Shown here: positions 8,897 to 16,680 of the stretch, one piece after another
Numbering within the stretch: position 1 is the first letter of the stretch
How the letters are laid out: each line of letters begins with the position of its first letter
NCBI GenBank assembly: GCA_964411615.1
Contig: CAYPLO010000031.1
Span: forward strand, 1-18,710
Direction: 5' to 3'
Source: an uncultured Aquificales bacterium
Lineage (GTDB): Bacteria > Thermosulfidibacterota > Thermosulfidibacteria > Thermosulfidibacterales > Thermosulfidibacteraceae
Length of the DNA: 18,710 nucleotides
The notes under the pieces: model-generated
What the model was told of the DNA's origin: nothing
The model's input: only the letters and a program-made list of their open reading frames with translations
The model's database searches: none
Position numbers and translations under genes: made by a program

Positions 8897-10456
8897 ATGG
8901 AGAGGGTGTTCATCTTTGACACAACTTTGAGGGATGGGGAGCAGGCGCCGGGCTTTTCCATGAACATCAATGAAAAGCTCATCGTGGCGAAGCAGCTGGC
9001 CAGACTGGGAGTGGACGTTATAGAGGCCGGGTTTCCCGCATCATCGCCTGGAGACTTTGAGTCCGTAAGGAGGATTGCCGAGACGGTGAAGGGGCCTGTA
9101 ATTGCGGGACTGTGCAGGGCCGTTAAGAGGGACATAGAGGCGGGGGCCGAGGCCCTCAAGCCCGCAGAGAGAAGGAGAATACACACCTTCATAGCGACAA
9201 GCGAGATACACATGAAGTACAAGCTGAAGATGGAGCCGGAGGAGGTCCTTGAGAGGGCGGTTGAGGCGGTGAGGTACGCCAGAAACTTCACCGACGATGT
9301 TGAGTTCTCCGCAGAGGACGCCACAAGGAGCGACTTAGACTTCCTCTGCAGGGTCATAGAGAAGGTGATTGATGCAGGGGCCACGGTGGTTAACATACCG
9401 GATACGGTGGGATACGCCATACCCTCAGAGTTCAAGGAGAAGGTCTCCTACATAATGAACAGGGTCCCCAACATAGACAAGGCCATAGTGAGTGTACACT
9501 GCCACAACGACTTAGGGCTTGCGGTTGCCAACTCCCTTGCCGCCATAGAGGCGGGGGCGAGGCAGGTGGAGTGCACCATCAACGGCATAGGAGAGAGGGC
9601 CGGCAACGCCGCCATGGAAGAGATAGTGATGGCCATACACACCAGAAGGGACCTGTTCGGCCTCACAACAGGGATAAACACCAAGGAGATATACAGGACC
9701 AGCAGGCTGGTCTCCCACGTCACAGGGGTATCGGTCCAGCCCAACAAGGCCATTGTGGGCAAGAACGCCTTTGCCCATGAGGCGGGCATACACCAGCACG
9801 GGGTGCTGGAGAACCCCCTCACCTACGAGATAATGAGGCCGGAGACGGTAGGATTCCCCTCATCAAGAATCGTGCTGGGCAAGCACTCAGGTAGGCACGC
9901 ACTGAAGCAGAAGCTTGAACAGCTGGGGATAACGGAGATAACGGAGGAGCAGCTCAACAGGATTTTTGAGAGGGTTAAGGAACTCGCCGACAAGAAGAAG
10001 GAGATATTTGACGACGATGTGATGATTATAGCCCAGGAGGAGATATTCTCACTACCCGTTAAGGCCTACGAGCTTGAATACATCCACACCACAAGCGGCA
10101 ACAGGCTCCTTCCCACAGCCACGGTTAGGCTGAGAAGGGGTGAGGAGATTCTCCAGGACTCGGCCATAGGAGATGGACCTGTGGACGCATCTTACAAGGC
10201 CATAGACAGAATCACAGGGATACCGGGAAGACTCGTATCCTACCAGATAAGGGCCGTCACCCAGGGCAAAGACGCCATAGGAGAGGTGACGGTGAGGGTG
10301 AGGTTCAACGGGACGGAGGTTGTGGGCAAGGGAAGCAGCGTTGACGTTATAGAGGCGTCAGTTAGGGCCTACATAAACGCCGTTAACAAGTACCTGTACA
10401 GGAAGGAGCTGGAGGCACAGGGGGTGAGCCTCCCGGAGATGGAGTACGCAGACTAA
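8897..10456 (+). CDS. leuA: 2-isopropylmalate synthase
   Basis: Motifs [50 protein letters not shown] and LGKHSG, plus the C-terminal regulatory domain (GDGPVDA). The Leu-rich leader supports LeuA over its paralogues. Confidence 0.95.
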   Translation: MERVFIFDTTLRDGEQAPGFSMNINEKLIVAKQLARLGVDVIEAGFPASSPGDFESVRRIAETVKGPVIAGLCRAVKRDIEAGAEALKPAERRRIHTFIATSEIHMKYKLKMEPEEVLERAVEAVRYARNFTDDVEFSAEDATRSDLDFLCRVIEKVIDAGATVVNIPDTVGYAIPSEFKEKVSYIMNRVPNIDKAIVSVHCHNDLGLAVANSLAAIEAGARQVECTINGIGERAGNAAMEEIVMAIHTRRDLFGLTTGINTKEIYRTSRLVSHVTGVSVQPNKAIVGKNAFAHEAGIHQHGVLENPLTYEIMRPETVGFPSSRIVLGKHSGRHALKQKLEQLGITEITEEQLNRIFERVKELADKKKEIFDDDVMIIAQEEIFSLPVKAYELEYIHTTSGNRLLPTATVRLRRGEEILQDSAIGDGPVDASYKAIDRITGIPGRLVSYQIRAVTQGKDAIGEVTVRVRFNGTEVVGKGSSVDVIEASVRAYINAVNKYLYRKELEAQGVSLPEMEYAD

Positions 10457-11583
10457 AGGCCGCAGAAGTAGCCCGTGTACGAAAAGATGGTGAGGAGCAG
10501 CTCTTTGCCCCTCATCATGCCCAAAGAGCCTGAGGCGGCAAGGGCCTCGTCAAACCTGCCCACGCCGCCCCTCCTCACCCCCTCCCCCATCATAACAACG
10601 GGCACGGGCAGGCCAGAGCAGGGTCTGTGCCCTATGCTGGGAACGGTGGTGTCGGAGGTTATAACAAGAAAGATATCCTCCCTGGCCATGGCCTCAAGAA
10701 GAACACCGAAGGCCGAATCCATCTCTTCTATAACCTCCACCCTCCTCCAGGCCCTGGTCTGGATGTTCATCCTGTGGATGTAGTCGGTGTAGATGAAGAC
10801 CATGTCCCTTTTCTCAAACTCCTTTAAGGCCCTGTTAAAGGCGGCCATGAGCCAGCTCTTCATCTCCTTTGAGGGTTCGTATATGACCTCCTTCCCCATC
10901 CATCTGGCCATACCTGTAAAGAAGGTGGAGTCCGTGTAGAAGAGGGAATTCACAGGGAAGCCATCCTCCCTGTTGGGGACGTATCTTCCACACCCAAAAA
11001 AGAGGAGCCTGTTCAAGGGCTGAAGCCCCCTCTCTATTCTCGCCACGTTGCCCTGCCACTGCTCCGGCAACAGGGAGAGCTCGGGCAGCTCCACATCACT
11101 GCACAAGCACCCGCCCACAATACCGGGATGGTTACAGGGCACGTAGTGCTCCGCCTTGAAGAGGTAAAGCCCCCTGTCAAGCCTGAATACACCTTCAACC
11201 CTCCCCTTGAGAAACCTGAAGAAGGACTCCTCCTCATCCTCGCTCTGGAAGGTCCTGGTCTCCACGAGCACGTTCCTATCCACAAAGGCAGGCTCTGCCA
11301 GGAAATAGACCCTCTCCTCCTCCAGCCTGACACCTCTGGCTATGGCCTCAAAGGAGGCCCTGCCCGGGTAGAGCTCCGGCGGATTGCCCAGCATGAGATA
11401 AAGGGCATAGTCGGGCATAACCGGCTGGCCCAGCACGGTGGGATGGTACAGCCCGCATCCCCCCAGCATGGCCAGATGGTCCAGATTGGGGGTCCTTGCC
11501 ACCTGAAGGGGGGTTCTTCTGCCCAGACCCTCCACAGCGTGGTCCGCTATTCCCCCAAGCACAACCATGAGCACCTTCTGCAT
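10453..11583 (-). CDS. ApgM-family (archaeal-type cofactor-independent phosphoglycerate mutase) homolog with a degenerate active site
   Basis: Scaffold motifs GIADH...[37 protein letters not shown] and PVPV..G.GVR...RFDE...SGSLG are recognisable, but the catalytic and metal residues are substituted. Good SD (GGGAGGG). Its stop codon overlaps the leuA stop by 4 nt. Confidence 0.8.
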   Translation of the reverse strand: MQKVLMVVLGGIADHAVEGLGRRTPLQVARTPNLDHLAMLGGCGLYHPTVLGQPVMPDYALYLMLGNPPELYPGRASFEAIARGVRLEEERVYFLAEPAFVDRNVLVETRTFQSEDEEESFFRFLKGRVEGVFRLDRGLYLFKAEHYVPCNHPGIVGGCLCSDVELPELSLLPEQWQGNVARIERGLQPLNRLLFFGCGRYVPNREDGFPVNSLFYTDSTFFTGMARWMGKEVIYEPSKEMKSWLMAAFNRALKEFEKRDMVFIYTDYIHRMNIQTRAWRRVEVIEEMDSAFGVLLEAMAREDIFLVITSDTTVPSIGHRPCSGLPVPVVMMGEGVRRGGVGRFDEALAASGSLGMMRGKELLLTIFSYTGYFCGL

Positions 11584-11657
11584 ACCTTCCCTCCCAAGTT
11601 GACGAAAGAAGAGCTAACTGTTAAATGCTATTAGCAAAGGCTGGAGGGAGGGTAAAG

Positions 11658-12545
11658 GTGAACTTTCAGGATGTGATACTGAAGCTGCAGGAGTTCTGGG
11701 CGGACTACGGCTGTGTGATACAGCAGCCCTACGACATAGAGGTGGGGGCGGGAACCATGAACCCCGCCACATTCTTAAGGGTTCTGGGGCCTGAGCCCTG
11801 GAAGGTGGCCTACGTTGAACCCTCCAGGAGACCCACAGACGGCAGATACGGGGAGAACCCCAACAGACTGCAGCACTACTACCAGTTCCAGGTGATAATA
11901 AAGCCCTCCCCCGACGACATACAGGATGTCTACCTTGAGAGCCTCAAGGCCCTGGGGATAGACCCTTTGAAGCACGACATAAGGTTCGTTGAGGACGACT
12001 GGGAATCTCCGACCTTAGGGGCCTGGGGCTTGGGATGGGAGGTCTGGCTTGACGGCATGGAGATAACCCAGTTCACCTACTTCCAGCAGGCAGGAGGTAT
12101 AGATTTAGACCCCATATCCGTTGAGATAACCTACGGCACGGAAAGGATAGCCATGTACATCCAGGGCATAGACAATGTCTTTGACCTGGTATGGGTGGAC
12201 AACGTAACCTACGGGGACATCCACCACCAGGGGGAGGTGGAGTTCTCCATATACAACTTTGAAGAGGCCGATGTGGATATGCTCTTCAAGAGCTTTGAGA
12301 TGTACGAAAAGGAGAGCCTGAGGCTCATTGAGAAGGGGCTTGTGCTTCCCGCCTACGACTTCTGCCTGAAGTGCTCCCACACCTTCAACGTGCTGGATGC
12401 CAGAGGGGCCATAAGTGTCAAGGAGAGGACCAGCTACATAGCAAGGGTCAGGAGACTGGCCAGGCTCTGTGCCGAAGGGTACCTGAAGCAGAGAAAGGAG
12501 ATGGGGTATCCCCTCCTGAAGAAGAGGGCCTTCTCACAAGCCTGA
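11658..12545 (+). CDS. glyQ: Glycine--tRNA ligase alpha subunit
   Basis: Likely GTG start at 11658 after GGAGGGAGG ([14 protein letters not shown]). Motifs [55 protein letters not shown] and [14 protein letters not shown]. Confidence 0.98.
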   Translation: MNFQDVILKLQEFWADYGCVIQQPYDIEVGAGTMNPATFLRVLGPEPWKVAYVEPSRRPTDGRYGENPNRLQHYYQFQVIIKPSPDDIQDVYLESLKALGIDPLKHDIRFVEDDWESPTLGAWGLGWEVWLDGMEITQFTYFQQAGGIDLDPISVEITYGTERIAMYIQGIDNVFDLVWVDNVTYGDIHHQGEVEFSIYNFEEADVDMLFKSFEMYEKESLRLIEKGLVLPAYDFCLKCSHTFNVLDARGAISVKERTSYIARVRRLARLCAEGYLKQRKEMGYPLLKKRAFSQA

Positions 12546-12549
12546 AGAG

Positions 12550-13767
12550 ATGCCGGAACCGTTATGGGTATCCATCCCTATTGTAGCACTGTTCCTGCTG
12601 CTTGAAGGGTTCTTCTCAGGCACCGAGATTGCCTTTCTATCTCTACCCCCCGTTAAGGGGAGGGGGGACTCAAGAATCCGCTTCTTCATAGAGAACGCCG
12701 ACAGGCTGCTTGCCACAACCCTTCTGGGCACGAACCTCTGTGTCATAGCAAACTCCTCCTACATAACCTACCTCATGAAGAAGCACTTGGGCATAGGGCA
12801 GGAGTTCTACATAGTGCTGGTGGTATCCCCCTTAGTGCTTGTGCTTGGAGAGACAATTCCCAAGACCATAGCCCGAAACCGCCCGGAGCTGGTGGCAAGG
12901 ACCAACGTTGCCCTCTTCTCCATCTTCTACAGGCTGTTCCTCCCCGTGACCGGTCTTCTGATTAAGCTGCTCAGGATGATGGGACAGGAGGGGCTGGCGA
13001 AGGAGCTGATAATAAAGAGGGAAGACCTCCCCCACATCATAGACACCCACGAAGAGACGGACATAAAGGAGGGGGAGAAGGAGCTGATAGCCTCCATCCT
13101 CAAGCTGAAGGAGATAAGGGCAAGGGAGGTGATGAAGCCCATCATCCACGTAAGGACCCTTGAGGCCCACCACAGTGTGAAGATGGCGGTTGAGACCTTC
13201 AACCAGACGGGCTATACAAGGCTACCCGTTTACGAAGAGCACATATACAACATCAGGGGGATACTGAACGTCTTTGATGTGCTTGACGCACCCATGGAAG
13301 AGGAGGTGGGAAGGCACATAAAGAGGGCCCTCTTCGTTCCGGAGACGGAGACGGTGTGGATGGTTCTGAAACAGATGCAGGAGTCCAAAAGCCCCATAGC
13401 CATAGTGGTTGACGAATACGGCGCAGCCTCGGGGCTCATAACCGTTGAGGACGTGCTTGAGGAGCTGGTGGGGGAGATAGCCGACGAGTACGACCTGTTC
13501 AGGGATTACGGCAAGATAGAGGAGAGGGAGGATGGAACAATCGTGGTTCCGGGAGATATACCTGTGGATGTGGTAAACGAGAGGGCTGGACTGGAGCTAC
13601 CGGAAGGTGAAGCCTACGAGACTGTGGCGGGACTGGTCATGTACCTCATGGACAGGATGCCCAAGGTTGGGGAGAGGGTCTTTGTGGGAGACTACCAGAT
13701 AGAGGTGGTGGAGGCAGACCACACGCATATAAAGAAGTTGGAGATAAGAAGATGGAAGAGAGACTGA
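12550..13767 (+). CDS. CNNM/CorC/TlyC family membrane protein (DUF21 TM domain, CBS pair, CorC_HlyC domain); probable Mg2+/Co2+ transport
   Basis: Motifs EGFFSGTEIA, LLGTN, GETIPKT, YTRLPVY, FVPET, VVDEYG...GLITVEDVLEELVGEIADEYD and YETVAG. Confidence 0.92.
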   Translation: MPEPLWVSIPIVALFLLLEGFFSGTEIAFLSLPPVKGRGDSRIRFFIENADRLLATTLLGTNLCVIANSSYITYLMKKHLGIGQEFYIVLVVSPLVLVLGETIPKTIARNRPELVARTNVALFSIFYRLFLPVTGLLIKLLRMMGQEGLAKELIIKREDLPHIIDTHEETDIKEGEKELIASILKLKEIRAREVMKPIIHVRTLEAHHSVKMAVETFNQTGYTRLPVYEEHIYNIRGILNVFDVLDAPMEEEVGRHIKRALFVPETETVWMVLKQMQESKSPIAIVVDEYGAASGLITVEDVLEELVGEIADEYDLFRDYGKIEEREDGTIVVPGDIPVDVVNERAGLELPEGEAYETVAGLVMYLMDRMPKVGERVFVGDYQIEVVEADHTHIKKLEIRRWKRD

Positions 13768-14804
13768 GGGAACTCCTCAACAGAACCAGAAGCGGGAACC
13801 ACTCCAAGGAGGACTTGGTTCTCATATCGGAGATAGCGAGAAGGGCGCTGAAGTATATGGTGGATAAGAGCATCCCAATAATACCTGAAAACTACCAGCT
13901 CTGGTTCTACACCTTCGGAACCCTGATTCTGTCCGGGCAAAAGGAACCGGAAGAGGATGAGATAGAGAGGGCATACAAAAAGGTGGTATCGGAGTTCAAA
14001 AGCCCCATCTCCATGGATGTCCTCAACAGGATTCAGCAGAGAACCAGGGAGATACTGAACCAGTCTGCGGAGATACTGACCCAAAGCACCATAAGGATTG
14101 AGGACTTTGATGAAAAGCTCAACCTCACATCCTCAAGAATAGAGGAGCATGCAAAGCTTGAGCCCATGATAAAGGCACTTCTGGAGGAGATATCAAGCCT
14201 CAGGAAGGAGAACCAGAGTCTGACCAAGGAGCTGAGGAACGCATCCAAACAGCTCTACACCTTTAACGAGAAGATAGCCATGCACATAGAGCAGAGCTCC
14301 CTGGACTTCCTAACACAGGTGATGACAAGGGGAGCCTTTGAGAGGCTGCTTGCCCTGAAGCTGGACAACCTGTCGAAGACGGGAAGCCCCTTCTCCCTCA
14401 TCATGATAGATCCCGACAACTTTAAAGAGGTGAACGACACCTACGGCCATGTGGCGGGAGACCAGGTTCTGAGGACCTTGGCCTTCACCCTTAAACTGGC
14501 GCTGAGGGAGGAGGATATAATAGCCAGATACGGAGGAGACGAGTTTGTGGTCATAGTGCCTGCCCCACTAAGCGACGCTGTAAAGATAGCAGAAAGGCTC
14601 AGAAGGGAGATAGAGAGGATGCGCATCGTCTGGGACACCACAGAGATAAGGATAACCGCCAGCTTCGGGGTGGCTGAGGCCAAACCCGACGATACGGTAA
14701 CCACACTCATACACAGGGCGGACAGGGCCCTGTACCTTGCCAAGAAAATGGGCAAAAATGGAGTAAAGACGGAGCTTGACCTGGAGGAGCCATGCGGCTC
14801 GTAG
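13752..14804 (+). CDS. Diguanylate cyclase (soluble helical N-terminus, coiled coil, GGDEF domain)
   Basis: Motifs DPDNFKEVNDTYGHVAGD, REED (RxxD I-site) preceding ARYGGDEF, TASFGVA and ADRALYLAK..GKN. N-terminal IPENYQLWF; no TM segment. Confidence 0.93.
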   Translation: MEERLRELLNRTRSGNHSKEDLVLISEIARRALKYMVDKSIPIIPENYQLWFYTFGTLILSGQKEPEEDEIERAYKKVVSEFKSPISMDVLNRIQQRTREILNQSAEILTQSTIRIEDFDEKLNLTSSRIEEHAKLEPMIKALLEEISSLRKENQSLTKELRNASKQLYTFNEKIAMHIEQSSLDFLTQVMTRGAFERLLALKLDNLSKTGSPFSLIMIDPDNFKEVNDTYGHVAGDQVLRTLAFTLKLALREEDIIARYGGDEFVVIVPAPLSDAVKIAERLRREIERMRIVWDTTEIRITASFGVAEAKPDDTVTTLIHRADRALYLAKKMGKNGVKTELDLEEPCGS

Positions 14805-16429
14805 TCCTTGAAGGCAGCTGGGAGGAGATAGGAAGACGGTTTGCCCAATTAATATCCCAGGAAGGGGAAGAGTCCCTCAGGTATCTGCTCAACGGAAGCC
14901 GCAGAGTGAGCCTTCACATACACCAGGGAAACTCTCCTGTCCAGAGGCTCACCGCCTCACTTTTAGAGCTTCTGGTGATGATTAAGGGCACAAGGCCGGG
15001 AGAGGATGTGGCACAGCTCACAAGGGGCATGGGACAGGTAAAGGGTATAAGCCCCAGGAGACTGGCCGGGTACTTAGCGTCCCCCGACATCTTCAACTAC
15101 CTGCTCTCAAAGGCCGACAACACCAGCAGAAGGGGGATACCGGCGGTCTTCCTCGGATGCAGCAGTGTGGTGGCCCTGCCGGATGCCACCTCCACAGGGG
15201 CCATGTACCACGCCAGAAATCTGGACTACATCGGCGGGAGATACTGGGAGAAGGGCCACTGCATACAGGTGATAAGGCCAAAGGGTGGACTGGCAAGTGT
15301 GAATGTGGCCACCGACGGGATACTCTGTCCGGGGATAACCTCTGTGAACGAGGAGGGGATATCCCTGAGCCTGCATCTTAACTTCACAAAGGATGTAAGG
15401 TTCAAGAACACCCCCATAACCTACACCGCCATGAGGATAATCACAAAGGCCAGAACCTTAGGTGAGGCGGTGGATATGGCCAGAGGCTCAAACCCCATGG
15501 CGGGGTGGACATTCATCATAGCAAGCCACAAGGAGGAAGACGCCGCCATAGTTGAGCTATCCGCAAGAAGAAGCGCCGTTATTTATCCGGAAAATGGCCT
15601 GCTCTGGTACACCAACATGTACGTATCTGAAATCATGAGGGAGAAGGAGTACGCTCCCTCCTACATCTGGGTTGAGAACAACAACACCCGCTACAACAGG
15701 CTCAAGGAGCTCCTGTTGCAGAAGGCGGGAAGACTGAACCCCCAGGAGATTGTGAAGATAATGGGGGACACCTACGACGCAACCGTGGGGAGGGAGGTGT
15801 CCCTGGGACACACCGTATCCAACGCGGCCAACATATCATCGGCTCTCATAAGCCTCAAGGAGGACTCCATCTGGGTATCGGACTCTCCCGTTCCCGCCAA
15901 CAGAGGCGTATTTAAAGGCTACAGGCTCTCTGCCCTGTTTGAGGGCAGGATGGAGGAGCTGGAAGGCCTTGAGGGGCACAGGCTCCCCGACAACAAGGAG
16001 GAGGCCTTCCGCCTCTTCACCCTGGGATGCTTCATCTGGGAGGAGGAGGCCAGCATCACAAAGACACTGAGCTATGTGGAGCAGGCCATACAGAGGGACC
16101 CTGAAGAGCCCCTATTCTCCTTCGTAAAGGCCCTGCTCCTTGCAAAGGCCGGGGAGTTGCAAACCGCCATAAGCATCCTTGAGGAGACGGCGGACAACCC
16201 GATGCTAAACGGCACCAGAAGAGCACAGGTGCTCTTCTGGCTGGGAAGGCTTATGGATGCGGCGGGAAGGCGGGAAGAGGCCATAGAGGCCTACAGAAGG
16301 GTGCTCGTTATGAGGGCACCCTTGGACATGCAGAAGAAGGCAGCAGAGCACTTGGAAAAACCCTACAGCACCAAAAAGCTGAGAAAAGTGGACCTGCTTC
16401 CCTTCATAGCGGACACCATAGACCAGTAA
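14792..16429 (+). CDS. Peptidase C45 / acyltransferase-like Ntn-hydrolase with a C-terminal TPR region
   Basis: G-C123-SS putative autocleavage nucleophile (15158-15160), HARNLDY, TSVNEEGISL, A.TL.EA and YTNMY motifs. The C-terminal helices are TPR-like (FWLGRLMDAAGRREEAIEAYRRVL). Confidence 0.8.
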   Translation: MRLVVLEGSWEEIGRRFAQLISQEGEESLRYLLNGSRRVSLHIHQGNSPVQRLTASLLELLVMIKGTRPGEDVAQLTRGMGQVKGISPRRLAGYLASPDIFNYLLSKADNTSRRGIPAVFLGCSSVVALPDATSTGAMYHARNLDYIGGRYWEKGHCIQVIRPKGGLASVNVATDGILCPGITSVNEEGISLSLHLNFTKDVRFKNTPITYTAMRIITKARTLGEAVDMARGSNPMAGWTFIIASHKEEDAAIVELSARRSAVIYPENGLLWYTNMYVSEIMREKEYAPSYIWVENNNTRYNRLKELLLQKAGRLNPQEIVKIMGDTYDATVGREVSLGHTVSNAANISSALISLKEDSIWVSDSPVPANRGVFKGYRLSALFEGRMEELEGLEGHRLPDNKEEAFRLFTLGCFIWEEEASITKTLSYVEQAIQRDPEEPLFSFVKALLLAKAGELQTAISILEETADNPMLNGTRRAQVLFWLGRLMDAAGRREEAIEAYRRVLVMRAPLDMQKKAAEHLEKPYSTKKLRKVDLLPFIADTIDQ

Positions 16430-16431
16430 AG

Positions 16432-16508
16432 TGGCGCGGCTGGCAGGAGTCGAACCTGCAACCCCGGGATCCGTAGTCCCGTGCTCTATCCAGTTGAGCT
16501 ACAGCCGC
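16432..16508 (-). tRNA. tRNA-Arg (ACG)
   Basis: Minus strand: acceptor GCGGCTG/CAGCCGC, anticodon arm CGGGA-CT ACG GA-TCCCG, TTCGACT T-loop, G discriminator and encoded CCA; 77 nt. Confidence 0.97.
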
Positions 16509-16517
16509 ACCAGTTGC

Positions 16518-16592
16518 TGGCTGGGGCGCCAGGAGTCGAACCTGGGATCGCGGATCCAAAGTCCGCTGCCTTGCCACCTTGGCCACGCCCCA
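16518..16592 (-). tRNA. tRNA-Gln (TTG)
   Basis: Minus strand: acceptor TGGGGCG/CGCCCCA, anticodon arm GCGGA-CT TTG GA-TCCGC, TTCGACT T-loop and encoded CCA; 75 nt, 9 nt upstream of tRNA-Arg. Confidence 0.97.
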
Positions 16593-16606
16593 ATCTGCGC
16601 CATAGT

Positions 16607-16635
16607 AATTTATAAACGGCACCCTCTCCTGTCAA
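16607..16635 (-). promoter_or_regulatory. Sigma70 promoter for tRNA-Gln/tRNA-Arg
   Basis: TTGACA (16635-16630), 17-nt spacer, TAAATT (16612-16607), 14 nt upstream of tRNA-Gln. Confidence 0.75.
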
Positions 16636-16644
16636 TCCCGCCCT

Positions 16645-16673
16645 TTGACTAAACAGGCACCATAACTTAAACT
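16645..16673 (+). promoter_or_regulatory. Sigma70 promoter for the hybrid kinase, back-to-back with the tRNA promoter
   Basis: TTGACT (16645-16650), 17-nt spacer, TAAACT (16668-16673); the ATG follows 7 nt later. Confidence 0.7.
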
Positions 16674-16680
16674 AACCCTT

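Noticed and set aside
11599..11627. Possible glyQ promoter TTGACG...TTAAAT/TAAATG
   Set aside because: The -35 is good but no convincing -10 sits at 16-18 nt spacing; too weak to call.
11625..11657. Upstream ATG start for glyQ
   Set aside because: It has no SD. The GTG at 11658 follows GGAGGGAGG and matches the usual GlyQ start.
16404..16652. Short ORFs 16404-16622 (-) and 16431-16652 (+)
   Set aside because: They are translations across the tRNA-Arg and tRNA-Gln genes.
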